Translations under genes and position numbers: made by a program | Notes under the pieces: generated by a model | Seen by the model: only the letters and a program-made list of their open reading frames with translations | The model's database searches: none | What the model was told of the DNA's origin: nothing | NCBI GenBank assembly: GCA_009782505.1 | Contig: WRIW01000005.1 | Coordinates: forward strand, 7,044 to 71,043 | Source: Clostridiales bacterium | Lineage (GTDB): Bacteria > Bacillota > Peptococcia > DRI-13 > UBA5745 | Length of the DNA: 64,000 bases | Direction: 5' to 3' | Part shown: positions 43,841-53,989 of the stretch, piece after piece | Position numbering within the stretch: position 1 is the stretch's first letter | Layout: every line of letters begins with the position of its first letter

Positions 43841-44701
43841 ATGAGCGTTACATTAGGGATAGACGTGGGCGGATCCACTACGAAAATCGTCGGGTTCAAC
43901 GATGAAGAGATGATCGGCGCCCTGCAGGTGCGGGCCATGGATCAGGTGACGTCCATGTACGGCGCCATCGGCAACTTCCTGCTGAAGCATGACCTGACGC
44001 TGGGGCAGGTGACCTCCATCGTCCTCACCGGGGTCGGCGCGTCCTTCTTCGAGGACGATATCTACGGCATCGATACATATAAGGTGGACGAGTTCCTGGC
44101 CATGGGCAGCGGCGGCCTCCATCTAGCCGGGCTTGAGGAAGCCTATGTGGTGAGCATGGGCACGGGGACGGCTTTCGTCCGGGCAGGGCGGGAGGAGATC
44201 ACCCATATCGGCGGGTCAGGGGTAGGGGGCGGCACGCTTACCGGGTTGGCTTCCAAGATGCTGAATAAAAACGACATCGAGGCCCTCATATCCCTGGCGG
44301 AGCACGGCCGGCTGGAAAACGTCGACCTGCTGGTGAGCGATATCATCAACCATGAGATACCTTCGCTGCCCGCCAACCTGACGGCTTCCAACTTCGGGAA
44401 GATAAAGAGCTCGGCCACAGACGCTGATTTCGCCTTGGCCATCATCAATATGGTTCTGCAGACGATAGGCATGCTGGCGGTCTTCGCCGCCACCCACGAT
44501 ACGATCAAGGATATCGTGCTGACAGGGACCCTGGCGACGCTGCCACAGGCGCGGGCGATGTTCAACGCTGTGGAGGGCAGGTTTGACCTCCGCTTCGTCA
44601 TCCCGCCAAACGCGGTGTACGCCACAGCCATCGGCGCGGCGATCCTGCGCATGGACGCTTACCGGCACGATACGAAGAAGATGACCATGGAGAGGCGTTA
44701 G
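43841..44701 (+). CDS. coaW: type II pantothenate kinase
   Basis: Start at ATG 43841, after GGAGG. LGIDVGGSTTKIVGF and MGTGTAF...IGGSGVGGGTL are ASKHA/Fumble-type motifs, as in staphylococcal/Bacillus CoaW. Confidence 0.75.
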   Translation: MSVTLGIDVGGSTTKIVGFNDEEMIGALQVRAMDQVTSMYGAIGNFLLKHDLTLGQVTSIVLTGVGASFFEDDIYGIDTYKVDEFLAMGSGGLHLAGLEEAYVVSMGTGTAFVRAGREEITHIGGSGVGGGTLTGLASKMLNKNDIEALISLAEHGRLENVDLLVSDIINHEIPSLPANLTASNFGKIKSSATDADFALAIINMVLQTIGMLAVFAATHDTIKDIVLTGTLATLPQARAMFNAVEGRFDLRFVIPPNAVYATAIGAAILRMDAYRHDTKKMTMERR

Positions 44702-44740
44702 TACTCCGTAACGCCGCATAGTGGCGTTAAGCGCCGCGCT

Positions 44741-44790
44741 GCGGCAGCACTGCGGAGCACAACGAAGCACTACGAAGCACAACGTAGCAC
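44741..44790 (+). repeat. five tandem 10-bp units each ending in AGCAC
   Basis: GCGGCAGCAC TGCGGAGCAC AACGAAGCAC TACGAAGCAC AACGTAGCAC, with exact 10-bp phasing. It lies 12 nt upstream of the AGGAGG RBS of adhesin 3. Confidence 0.8.
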
Positions 44791-44818
44791 TGGGCTTAAC
44801 TTAGGAGGCGTCGATAAA

Positions 44819-47800
44819 ATGAGAAAACGATTTGGCGTGCGGAAGATGGCTACACGCAAGGGGATAAGCACGTTTCTTGCCCTTGCGCTGATCCTGCAGC
44901 TATTCGTGCCGCTCCCCGGCTTCAAGGCGTCCGCGGCGGACGATCCGCCCGGGGCGGAAGGCATACGCGCCGCCATCGCGAAAACGGTGGATAGGATACC
45001 CGTCACGGAGTGGCTGTATGGCAGATACGGCGAGAGCGAGTACACCGCAGTCGCTGAAGCTTACGCTGACCTTATAGAAGGGATAAGCTTCAATATATAC
45101 AAGGCGGAGTTTACGGACAACACATTTATTAAAACCGGAGCGCCAATCTGTGTCGCCGGACTGAATGAATCCGGTAAGATTGTTTTTGACGTGCCGGAAA
45201 GAGGCTGGTATGCAGTCGAAGAAGTCCTTTTCGAGGACAGCATAGCATCCAAGGTTTTCGCTGAGGCAAAGTTAGAATATGTATTCATCGGCTCAGGCGG
45301 GGTCATGAGTTCGCTGCATGTAAATAACGCAGGCGGCACATATACGACCCACTATACCGGCAACTATAGCCTTGACCTGAAGTTGATTTATGAAAACGGC
45401 TATGAGGTTTATGGCAACAAACCGGATGGCAGCGGGCAGAGGTTCTGCACCGAAAAGTTTGACGTTCGCTTGCCGGACGGCACAATGGCTACGTCATTTT
45501 GCGCCGACTTAGGCGCCCATAATATCTATGGCAACTATATGCTCGATGAAAAAATGCATGGGTTCGACGATGATCAAATGTTTTATATCATCGCTGCTTT
45601 CGACTATATCGACGAGCTTTTTCGTTCGGATACGATAGATGGCCCGGCTAACCCGGTTGGTACGGTTAATGGGCTTAGCACGAAAGTGGGCAAGGCGCTT
45701 GCCCAGATCGTGTTGTGGAATTTAATCTTGGAAGTGGACGGAAACGCTGGTTATGCGGATGATTGGTGGATCTATATCCCTGAGGTTTCTAAAGGAACTA
45801 AAGTGAAAAAAATCGAAGGGTATGGCGATTGGTATACTGATGAAATCCGAAAACTTGTGGACGAGATAGTAGAAAAACCGAATATTTATGTGGAACGCTA
45901 TCGTAATAAAATCACAGAATCAGTTGACGGAAAATATGTCACGGGGGTATATTTCATCAAGGGCGACGGCGTCGGTCAGGAGCCCATCAATCAGCAGCGC
46001 CAGATACTGGTGCTCTTCGGCAACAGCGTAGAGTTTGACAATACGCCATATTATGACGTGGCTCTGTGTAAATGGGTGAGCGAAGTAAGCCGGGACGATG
46101 CTTCAAATTGGAAAAACGAGGGCGTGAATACCGACGTCCCCATGGTGAAGACAGGCGATAAGGTCACGTTTACCATCGAAGTATATAATCAGACGGACAA
46201 TCCTACCTGGGTGACCGATTTAGTAGACTATGTGCCGGACGGGTATCAATTCGAGCCTGGTGATAATCCAGATTGGGCTATCGATAGCTTGACGGATTAT
46301 TGGTGGATGCAGGACGTTACCGTTGTACGATATAGAGAGCCGCTTTTTTTGCCAGACTATGAATCGTCTGAGAAGGTCGAAATCGTTTTGACAGTGACGG
46401 CTGTGCCGTCGGATTCCAGTAACCCCCAAGCCCTGGTCAATGCCGCGGAAGTATTGGAAATTTGCGAATATGACAATGAAAATCCCGGTACCCCTGGCGA
46501 GCCGGTAGAGGATATCGACTCTACCTTTACTGATAATGAGCGGCGGAACTGGAACCGCTGGCGGGAAAAAGACAATGAAATCGGTGAAAACGGTAAGGAC
46601 GGCGACGATAAGGACGATTATGATTTCGCGGAAGTCCGGCTTAGCCAGGGCCTGATCGATATAAAGGTGACCAAGGACTGGGTAGACCGCGAAAATGAAT
46701 ACGGCACCCGCCCCGGGACGATCACTTTGCAGTTGATACAGAGCGAGATGATTGATAGTGATGAGGTCGAGGCAGAGAGGTTCACGAAAACGATAACGGA
46801 AGCGGACGGCGTCTGGGAAGCTGTCTTCAGCAACCTGCCGGAAACAAATCCAACGACCGGGAATGATTACAAATACTCGTTAGAGGAAGTGGAAGTACCT
46901 GGCTACGAATCACTGGTAGGTGGCGACGTAGCTGTAGGTTTCACTGTCACCAACACCTTGTCTGGCACGACGAGCGTGACGGTGAATAAGGTCTGGGTCG
47001 ATGGCAATAACGAGAACGACACTCGCCCAGATAGCGTCTTGTTCAAGCTATGGCAGAATGGTATTGAACTAGACAGCGAGGCGTATACAATGGAGGCGCC
47101 TTGGGAAACGTATACATTTACTGATCTTCCAAAATACGATACGGGGCTTATACCATATACATATACTGTAACAGAAGAGCCTGTTGTCAGCTATCGAACT
47201 GAGCCTGTAATAATCAACACCGACGGAAGTTTCACCTTCACCAACACTTTGATGAGGGAAATCAACGGGAAAAAAACTTGGGACGATAAAAATGAAACGA
47301 TAAAAACGAGACCGGAAGAAATTCGGGTAACTCTACTCCAGGACGGCGCGGTGGTGGAGAGCAATACTGTGACTGAAAGCGGAGGTAAATGGGAGTATTC
47401 ATTCGGCGACCAACCGGTTTACAAATCAAATGGTGAACAATACAAATACACGGTCGTGGAAGATTCCGTACCCGGGTATAATACGATCATTGAGGCAGAT
47501 GGCTTTGATATCACAAATGAGCTCGTTGCCATGGAAAAAGTCATCGAAATCATCGTAGAGAAAAAATGGGCGCCTGTTGTTGATTTACTTGGGACGCGCC
47601 CGGATAGCATAACTGTCCAGCTATTCCAAAATGGGGAATCAGAATTCAATTGGAAAGACGAGAATGAAGCTGTAGTGAAAGGCGAAAGGACTATTATCCT
47701 TGGAAAAGAAAGCTGGGAAGGTTCGTTCGAAGGCTTGATCGCGGCGGATGAAGATGAAAATCCATTCATCTATACGATCCGGGAAATTGTAGAGGGAACC

Positions 47801-50347
47801 TGGCTATCCGACTATGAATTAACCTATCATTTCGATCCGGAGATATTCGACGTCGACGATAACATCGTAACCGTCACAATCACCAATACCCTTGTGCCGC
47901 CGCCCATGGAAGTCACTGTGACGAAGGCTTGGGAGGACCATGATAACGATTATCTAACCAGGCCCGGCAGCGTCGAGCTAATATTATACCAAGGTACAGA
48001 AGGACCGTCAGCCGATGTTGAGTATAGACGCCAGATTATAACAGGCGTTATGACAGGCGGCAACGAATGGACCTATACATTCACCGGCTTGCCCATGTTT
48101 GACGTCGCGAATGACTATACCCGATACACTTATCGGGTGGAAGAAGCGCCGGTTGTCGGATATAGCGCTGCCGTCAGCGGCAGTATGGAAGACGGCTTCA
48201 TTCTCACCAATACCCTTGTCCCGGGTACGACGTCCTTGTCCGGCGTGAAATCATGGAACTTGGGCGGTATCCCCGGTTCAGATACGGATATCACTAAGCC
48301 GGAAGAAGTCGGAAGCGTCACGGTGAATCTGTTGCAGGACGGTACAGTCATTAAAAATACAACAGCGACTTACGAAGCAGCGTGGGCGTATTCGTTTGAC
48401 AGCCTGGAAATATACAGCGCTGTAGATCAGCATAAATACGATTATACAATCCAGGAAGTACCCGTACCCGGGTATATCTCCGTAGTCGCAGGAAACGATA
48501 TCATCAATACCATCGACCCCGGGCACATCAAGACGGAAGTCAAGGTGACTAAAGTATGGGTAGACGCGGGTAATCTTCAGACCCGCCCGGATTTCGTTAC
48601 CCTTCAGTTGTATCAAAACGGAGAGCCATTCCGGGTACAGGACGTCGCGTCAGGTACCACAAGCGGATGGGAACACACGTTCGGCGATCTGCCGAAGTAC
48701 GACGCCAGCTATAAACTGTACACCTACATCGTAGACGAAGCCCCGGTAGCCGGATACAACAAGAGCATCAGCGGCAACGCCACCGGCGAAGTAACCATCA
48801 CGAATACCCTTGCGCCGGGCGTCACAAGCGTAGCGGTGGAGAAGGTCTGGATAGACGGCATAGACCTCGCAAAACGCCCGGCTGAGATAGAAGTGACGCT
48901 GCTGCGCGACGGAACGCCGCACAGAACCTATACGATGAACAGCTATAGCTGGTATTATACGTTTGCTAACCTGGAGAAATATAGCGCCATTGACCAGCAC
49001 GAATATGTGTACGACGTAGTAGAAGAGGTCGTGCCTGGGTACGACATGAGCAAAATCGGCGACGCGGAGAATGGTTTTATCATCACCAACACGCTGAAAG
49101 GGCGCGTCGTAGCCGGGGTGAAGACTTGGGAGGATGCGGAAAATGCCCTGAGGAAACGCCCCTCATTTATCACCGTGGACTTATACCGGGACGGCGTCTT
49201 CTATCGCGAATCCAGGCCGGTGGGGGCGCCCAGATGGGAGTGGCAGTTCGTGGATCTGCCGCCGGACGGGGAGTATACAGTCGTCGAGCGGGAGTATGAG
49301 ACGATGGACTACTACACCGTCACCTATGACGGGTACAACATCACCAACACATTCACGCCGAAGCCGGATTCCGTGGCGCTGAAGGCGCGCAAGGAAACGA
49401 CGGGGCCGGAGAACGCCAGGATACCGGCGCTCACCGCGGGCCAGTTCAAGTTCGGCGTCTTTGACGAAGAGGGCAATGAAGTAGCGACCGGCTCAAACGC
49501 CGCCGACGGCGTCGTCAACTTCAGCCTCATCGAGTATAAAGCGGCGGACGTCTACAAGTACACCATGCGGGAGACTTCCGCGAGCACCCCGCGCTGGACG
49601 GCGGATAGCGCTGTCTACGAAGTCAAGGTGACCGTCGTGTCTGACGCAGGCGACCTGAAGGTGGAGTCGGTGGAATACCGGCTTCTGGGCAGTGGCGGCA
49701 GCGGCGGCAGCGCAGGCAGCGGCGACGGGGCTACGGCGGGCGAAGGGGAAGTCGGCGAAGGCGAACCGGCATCCGTAGAGCTGCCGGTCTTCACGAATAT
49801 TTACAGCCCCCCGCCGCCGGGCGATAATGGCGAGGACAATGGAGGGCCGCCCCCGCCGCCGCCTGGTACCACCACGCCGCCTACCGAGCCGCCTAAGGAG
49901 ACGGACGACGACGGCGACGATGATGCGGATTCCGACGCCGACGCCGACAGCGATGGTGACGCCGACAACGACGGCGACGCCGACAACGACGGCGACGGCG
50001 ACGGGGATGGCGATGATACGGTCGACCGGCAGCCGCGACCCCCCGGGGGCACAGACCCGGAGATCCCGCCGAACCCCACCATCTACGGGCACTCCATCGT
50101 GGCGGGTGAAGACGGCGTGTACATCGAGTTTGATGAAGACGGCGTCCCCCTTGGGGAATGGCATTGGGACGAGGAGATGGAGGAATGGATATTTGACGAG
50201 TACCCGCCACTGGGCAGCTTGCCCAAGACGGGCGCGGTCGGCTTACCGGGCGGCGTCATGCTGCTGCGATTTCTCCTGTTTGCCGCGGGGCTGGGGCTGC
50301 TAGCCATGAACGCGGCGTCCTACAGGCCCAAGCACAGCAGGACGTAG
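44819..50347 (+). CDS. giant LPXTG-anchored surface protein 3 (1842 aa) with a candidate thioester domain and a CnaB array
   Basis: AGGAGG RBS and signal peptide ...ISTFLALALILQLFVPLPGFKASA. The N-terminal domain has SFCADLG (Cys codon 45500-45502) and LAQIVLW (Gln codon 45704-45706). Nine CnaB-type repeats follow, then an FctA-like domain (FKFGVFDEEG...YKYTMRETS), P-rich and D-x-D tracts, and LPKTG (50219-50233) with a TM helix and basic tail. Confidence 0.9.
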   Translation: MRKRFGVRKMATRKGISTFLALALILQLFVPLPGFKASAADDPPGAEGIRAAIAKTVDRIPVTEWLYGRYGESEYTAVAEAYADLIEGISFNIYKAEFTDNTFIKTGAPICVAGLNESGKIVFDVPERGWYAVEEVLFEDSIASKVFAEAKLEYVFIGSGGVMSSLHVNNAGGTYTTHYTGNYSLDLKLIYENGYEVYGNKPDGSGQRFCTEKFDVRLPDGTMATSFCADLGAHNIYGNYMLDEKMHGFDDDQMFYIIAAFDYIDELFRSDTIDGPANPVGTVNGLSTKVGKALAQIVLWNLILEVDGNAGYADDWWIYIPEVSKGTKVKKIEGYGDWYTDEIRKLVDEIVEKPNIYVERYRNKITESVDGKYVTGVYFIKGDGVGQEPINQQRQILVLFGNSVEFDNTPYYDVALCKWVSEVSRDDASNWKNEGVNTDVPMVKTGDKVTFTIEVYNQTDNPTWVTDLVDYVPDGYQFEPGDNPDWAIDSLTDYWWMQDVTVVRYREPLFLPDYESSEKVEIVLTVTAVPSDSSNPQALVNAAEVLEICEYDNENPGTPGEPVEDIDSTFTDNERRNWNRWREKDNEIGENGKDGDDKDDYDFAEVRLSQGLIDIKVTKDWVDRENEYGTRPGTITLQLIQSEMIDSDEVEAERFTKTITEADGVWEAVFSNLPETNPTTGNDYKYSLEEVEVPGYESLVGGDVAVGFTVTNTLSGTTSVTVNKVWVDGNNENDTRPDSVLFKLWQNGIELDSEAYTMEAPWETYTFTDLPKYDTGLIPYTYTVTEEPVVSYRTEPVIINTDGSFTFTNTLMREINGKKTWDDKNETIKTRPEEIRVTLLQDGAVVESNTVTESGGKWEYSFGDQPVYKSNGEQYKYTVVEDSVPGYNTIIEADGFDITNELVAMEKVIEIIVEKKWAPVVDLLGTRPDSITVQLFQNGESEFNWKDENEAVVKGERTIILGKESWEGSFEGLIAADEDENPFIYTIREIVEGTWLSDYELTYHFDPEIFDVDDNIVTVTITNTLVPPPMEVTVTKAWEDHDNDYLTRPGSVELILYQGTEGPSADVEYRRQIITGVMTGGNEWTYTFTGLPMFDVANDYTRYTYRVEEAPVVGYSAAVSGSMEDGFILTNTLVPGTTSLSGVKSWNLGGIPGSDTDITKPEEVGSVTVNLLQDGTVIKNTTATYEAAWAYSFDSLEIYSAVDQHKYDYTIQEVPVPGYISVVAGNDIINTIDPGHIKTEVKVTKVWVDAGNLQTRPDFVTLQLYQNGEPFRVQDVASGTTSGWEHTFGDLPKYDASYKLYTYIVDEAPVAGYNKSISGNATGEVTITNTLAPGVTSVAVEKVWIDGIDLAKRPAEIEVTLLRDGTPHRTYTMNSYSWYYTFANLEKYSAIDQHEYVYDVVEEVVPGYDMSKIGDAENGFIITNTLKGRVVAGVKTWEDAENALRKRPSFITVDLYRDGVFYRESRPVGAPRWEWQFVDLPPDGEYTVVEREYETMDYYTVTYDGYNITNTFTPKPDSVALKARKETTGPENARIPALTAGQFKFGVFDEEGNEVATGSNAADGVVNFSLIEYKAADVYKYTMRETSASTPRWTADSAVYEVKVTVVSDAGDLKVESVEYRLLGSGGSGGSAGSGDGATAGEGEVGEGEPASVELPVFTNIYSPPPPGDNGEDNGGPPPPPPGTTTPPTEPPKETDDDGDDDADSDADADSDGDADNDGDADNDGDGDGDGDDTVDRQPRPPGGTDPEIPPNPTIYGHSIVAGEDGVYIEFDEDGVPLGEWHWDEEMEEWIFDEYPPLGSLPKTGAVGLPGGVMLLRFLLFAAGLGLLAMNAASYRPKHSRT
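46655..49360 (+). repeat. array of nine CnaB-type domains (about 90-100 aa each) in adhesin 3
   Basis: Recurrent [VG].K.W.D......RP..[IV].[VL].L.[QR][ND]G starts, for example VTKDWVDRENEYGTRPGTITLQL, VNKVWVDGNNENDTRPDSVLFKLWQNG and VEKVWIDGIDLAKRPAEIEVTLLRDG. Each unit ends in ...[IV]TNT. Confidence 0.85.
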
Positions 50348-50430
50348 AATCAGAGCCGCGAGATGTAGCCGCGAGCTTTAGCTGCGCACCGGAGTTGCGA
50401 GCCGGAGCTGCGTACCGAAGCGGAGGACGG

Positions 50431-50465
50431 GTACGCCCGGGGCACTGTCAGGACCCTGGGCGTAC
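50431..50465. terminator. stem-loop between convergent adhesin 3 and the ABC permease gene
   Basis: GTACGCCC (50431-50438) pairs with GGGCGTAC (50458-50465), with additional inner pairs. Confidence 0.5.
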
Positions 50466-50468
50466 TTG

Positions 50469-51380
50469 TCACCGCTTCTTTTCTTTGCGCATGCCCAGGT
50501 AGTTGTATAACGCCAGGGCAACTATGGTGGAAAAATATGGCACAGCCATGGTGAGCTGGCTGCTGATGGAAGTATTCTGCAGCATGTTTGCTATGGACTG
50601 GGCGAAGCCGAAAAATGTGCTGGACGCCACCACCCCCAGGGGGTGCGCCGCGCCCAGGGCCCCTGCCGCCATGGCGATGAATCCCCGGCCGGCGGTGATG
50701 TTCTGGGCGTACATGGTGACCCCGCCCATGGACAGGAGGCAGCCGCCTACGCCGGAGAGAAAGCCGGAGAAAACGACGGTGAGTATCTGCAGCCTGTCCG
50801 CCTTGACGCCCATGCTTTCCGCCGCTTCCTTATTGATCCCCACGGAACGTATGTGGAACCCGGCTACGGTACGAAACAGGAAGAAGTACAGGAATATAGC
50901 CGAGGCGAAAGCGCAGAGGTCGAGCCAGGTAAGGGCGGAAAACATCGTGTGCAGGACGGGCGCGGGCTTGAGGAAGGACACGTCGATCTTCGGCAAGCCC
51001 ACAAGATCCGGGCTCACATAAGCGCCCTTGACCTTGAAGATGATTTGCATCAGAAAGGTCGTCAGCCCACCGACAAGTATGTTGATGGAGACACCTACCA
51101 CGAGCATGGCGCCTTTAAACTTCACGATAAATATACCTGCGACTAAGGCGACGAGCATGGAGGACAAGACCGCGGCCAGCAGGGACAGGGCTACGCTGTG
51201 GGTGTAATAGTTCGCCACGATGGCGGAGAACGCCCCGGCGAGCATCATGCCTTCCAGCCCGATATTGAAGACATATACGCGGTTGCAGTAAGCGGAACCC
51301 AGCGCCACATATAATATCGGCGTCATCATGCGGAGGGTGGAATTGAATACCACCGCGAGGTAGTTGGCGTCAATCCTCAT
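50469..51380 (-). CDS. ABC transporter permease (BMP/nucleoside family, YufQ/NupQ-like)
   Basis: 303 aa polytopic protein. Last gene of the SBP-ATPase-permease-permease operon. Confidence 0.85.
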   Translation of the reverse strand: MRIDANYLAVVFNSTLRMMTPILYVALGSAYCNRVYVFNIGLEGMMLAGAFSAIVANYYTHSVALSLLAAVLSSMLVALVAGIFIVKFKGAMLVVGVSINILVGGLTTFLMQIIFKVKGAYVSPDLVGLPKIDVSFLKPAPVLHTMFSALTWLDLCAFASAIFLYFFLFRTVAGFHIRSVGINKEAAESMGVKADRLQILTVVFSGFLSGVGGCLLSMGGVTMYAQNITAGRGFIAMAAGALGAAHPLGVVASSTFFGFAQSIANMLQNTSISSQLTMAVPYFSTIVALALYNYLGMRKEKKR

Positions 51381-52461
51381 GAGGCTTCACCTCTTTTCCA
51401 GCCCTTGCGCCCAAAGGGCTTTTCTTGAGTTTCCAGCGTATGGCTATCCTTGCCGAGATGAATAGGGTTATGCAGCCCTGGAGTATGGAAGATATCTCCA
51501 GTGGGACGTCCATGGAACGGGCTATGGCCGAGCCCCCGGTCTGGATGCCGGCGAGGATCACCGAAGCGGCAAGGACGCCGATGGGGTTGAAATTCGAAAT
51601 CAAGGCGGCGTTGAGCCCGATCCACGCGAAAGAGCCGGATACATAGCTGTTGTGTACGAAGCGGTACTGCACGCCCAACACTTCGTTTGCGCCGGCCAGG
51701 GCGCATACGACGCCGCTGATGGCGAGTATGGCGTACATGACTTTCTTGCTGTTGACCCCGCCGTATTCGCAGAAATGCTTGTTGTAGCCCGTCATCCTCG
51801 CTTCATAGCCAAAAGTGCTGCGGTTCATGATAAGCCAGGCGAGGACGGCAAGGAGGACGGCGAAGGCGAATCCCAGATGGAGGCTATAGTCCTGCATGAA
51901 CCTGGGCAGGCGCAAGGCGGCGGGTATCTGAGGGGTCTGGGTGATTTTGATATCCCCGCTCATATCCTGAAACACATTGGTGACAAAGTGCAGGGCCAGG
52001 TACTGCGCCCCGTAGTTCAGCATTAGGGTGGATATGGCCAGAGACATCTTGAACTTATCCAGGAGCCACGCCGAGAATAGGGAGTACGCGCCCCCGGCGG
52101 CGATGGCGGAGAGGAGCGCCAGGATCAGCTTGGCCCAGGGCGGGCCCGGGGCGTGAAGCGCCACGACCGCGCAGCAGAATCCCCCGGCAATCATCTGGCC
52201 TTCGCCCCCTATGCTCATATAGTTTGTGCGCCAGCAGAGGGCTGAGCCGAGGCCGCATATGATGATGGGCGTAGCCCGGGTCAGGGTGGTCAGTATGTAG
52301 TACCGGCTGCCGAAAGCGCCTTTATACATAGCCGCGTATACCGATAGAGGGTTGCCTCCCGTGGTCAGTATGGCGAAGGCGCCCGCGCACAGGGCGAGGC
52401 ATAAAGCCAGGGCCGGGGGGAGGCAAGGGGCGAAAAGGGCTTTGCATTTACGTTTGACCAT
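51370..52461 (-). CDS. ABC transporter permease (YufP/NupP-like)
   Basis: 363 aa polytopic protein. Overlaps both neighbouring genes. Confidence 0.85.
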   Translation of the reverse strand: MVKRKCKALFAPCLPPALALCLALCAGAFAILTTGGNPLSVYAAMYKGAFGSRYYILTTLTRATPIIICGLGSALCWRTNYMSIGGEGQMIAGGFCCAVVALHAPGPPWAKLILALLSAIAAGGAYSLFSAWLLDKFKMSLAISTLMLNYGAQYLALHFVTNVFQDMSGDIKITQTPQIPAALRLPRFMQDYSLHLGFAFAVLLAVLAWLIMNRSTFGYEARMTGYNKHFCEYGGVNSKKVMYAILAISGVVCALAGANEVLGVQYRFVHNSYVSGSFAWIGLNAALISNFNPIGVLAASVILAGIQTGGSAIARSMDVPLEISSILQGCITLFISARIAIRWKLKKSPLGARAGKEVKPHED

Positions 52462-53980
52462 GGCTTTTCCCTCCTACCATCAGTAATCCGAGTTCTTCCT
52501 CGTCCACATGGCCTCTGGCGAATTCGCCCCGGATCTGCCCTTCATAGATCACATAGATCCTGTCGGAGAGCTTGATGATCTCGGATAATTCGCTGGAGAC
52601 GAGCAGGACGGCGCCGCCTTGCGCCCGCTTCTCGATGAGCTTCTCATGGATAAACTCCATGGCGCCTACGTCTACGCCGCGGGTGGGCTCGCAGGCGATG
52701 AGCAGGGGCGTGCCCTGGGCGATCTCCCGGGCGGCGATGAGCTTTTGGGCGTTACCTCCGGAGAGGGAGCCTGTCTTCGCGGACACGTCGTCCGCCTTGA
52801 CGCCGAACTCTTTAACGAGGCCCCGGGCGAAGCCGCGGACGCGCCTTGTCCGCAGCAGCCCGGCCCGGGAGTAAGCAGGTTTGGCGTAGTGGGCCATGAG
52901 GGCGGTCTCCGCGATGGCGGCCTCGCGGGCGCTGCCCCATAAGAAGCGGTCTTCGGGGATGAGGGCGACCCCGGATCTGCGGACTTCTCTCACATCGCAG
53001 GCGGATATCTCCCTGCCGCCTACCTTGATGCTGCCCCCGTCGCACTTGCGGAGGCCGAAGAGGCACTCCACCAGCTCGGATTGCCCGTTGCCGGAGACCC
53101 CCGCCACGCCTACGATCTCCCCCGCGCCCACATGCAGGGAAAGCCCTCTCAGGACGTCCGCCCCCTGCTTGCGGCTCAGGCGTAAGCCCCGGACGCTCAG
53201 GACGTCGCTGCCGGGGGTGGCCGCGGGGACGTCCCTTTCCGCCAGATGGCGGCCTACCATCCTATAAGAAAGCTCTTCGATGGTGGCGTCGCCGATAGCC
53301 GTTTCGCCTACGAGCCTGCCCTGGCGCATGACCAGGGCGCGGTCCGCGACTTCCATGACTTCATTTAGCTTATGGGTGATGAGGATGATGCTCTTGCCCT
53401 TCGCGGCAAGGTTCTTCATGGCCCGCAGGAGCTCCCGGGCTTCCTGGGGCGTCAATACGGCTGTGGGCTCGTCAAAGATAATGATATCCGTGTTCTGGTA
53501 CAGCACCTTGATGATCTCCACCCGCTGCCTCAGCCCCACGGGCATGCCCTGGACCCTGGCGCCGGGGTCCAGAGGCAGCTCGTAAGACTTCGACAGGCCC
53601 GCCACAAGCTTCTCCGCGCCTCTCGCGTCGAAGAAAAGCTTCTTCTTCGGCTCCCTGCCGTACACGACGTTTTCGGCTACGGTAAACGGGTCGAACAACA
53701 TGAAATGCTGCTGTACCATACCGACGCCCGCCGCGATAGCCTGGGCAGGGTTTCGGATGCGTTTCTCTTTGCCCCGGATGAGGATCCTGCCGCTGTCCGG
53801 GTGCTCCAGGCCATAGAGTACCTTCATCAGCGTGGTCTTGCCCGCGCCGTTTTCCCCGATGACGGCGAGGATCTCCCCTTTCCCCAGGGCAAGGTCCACA
53901 TGATCGTTTGCCAGAAGGCTGCCGTAGGATTTTACTATGCCTTCCATCCGCAGGATCATCTCGTCGGAAGTCTTATTCAT
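52448..53980 (-). CDS. ABC transporter ATP-binding protein with duplicated ATPase domains (YufO/NupO-like)
   Basis: Two Walker A motifs (GENGAGKTT; GVSGNGQSE) and LSGGNAQK. The 510 aa length is typical of sugar/nucleoside importers. Confidence 0.92.
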   Translation of the reverse strand: MNKTSDEMILRMEGIVKSYGSLLANDHVDLALGKGEILAVIGENGAGKTTLMKVLYGLEHPDSGRILIRGKEKRIRNPAQAIAAGVGMVQQHFMLFDPFTVAENVVYGREPKKKLFFDARGAEKLVAGLSKSYELPLDPGARVQGMPVGLRQRVEIIKVLYQNTDIIIFDEPTAVLTPQEARELLRAMKNLAAKGKSIILITHKLNEVMEVADRALVMRQGRLVGETAIGDATIEELSYRMVGRHLAERDVPAATPGSDVLSVRGLRLSRKQGADVLRGLSLHVGAGEIVGVAGVSGNGQSELVECLFGLRKCDGGSIKVGGREISACDVREVRRSGVALIPEDRFLWGSAREAAIAETALMAHYAKPAYSRAGLLRTRRVRGFARGLVKEFGVKADDVSAKTGSLSGGNAQKLIAAREIAQGTPLLIACEPTRGVDVGAMEFIHEKLIEKRAQGGAVLLVSSELSEIIKLSDRIYVIYEGQIRGEFARGHVDEEELGLLMVGGKSHGQT

Positions 53981-53989
53981 GGTAACCTC

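Noticed and set aside
50350-50430. Loose repeats AGCCGCGAG / TAGCCGCGAG / AGCTGCG... downstream of adhesin 3 that resemble the upstream AGCAC-repeat region.
   Set aside because: The units are irregular in length and spacing and show no clean phasing or pairing. The only solid structure here is the terminator-like stem at 50431-50465.
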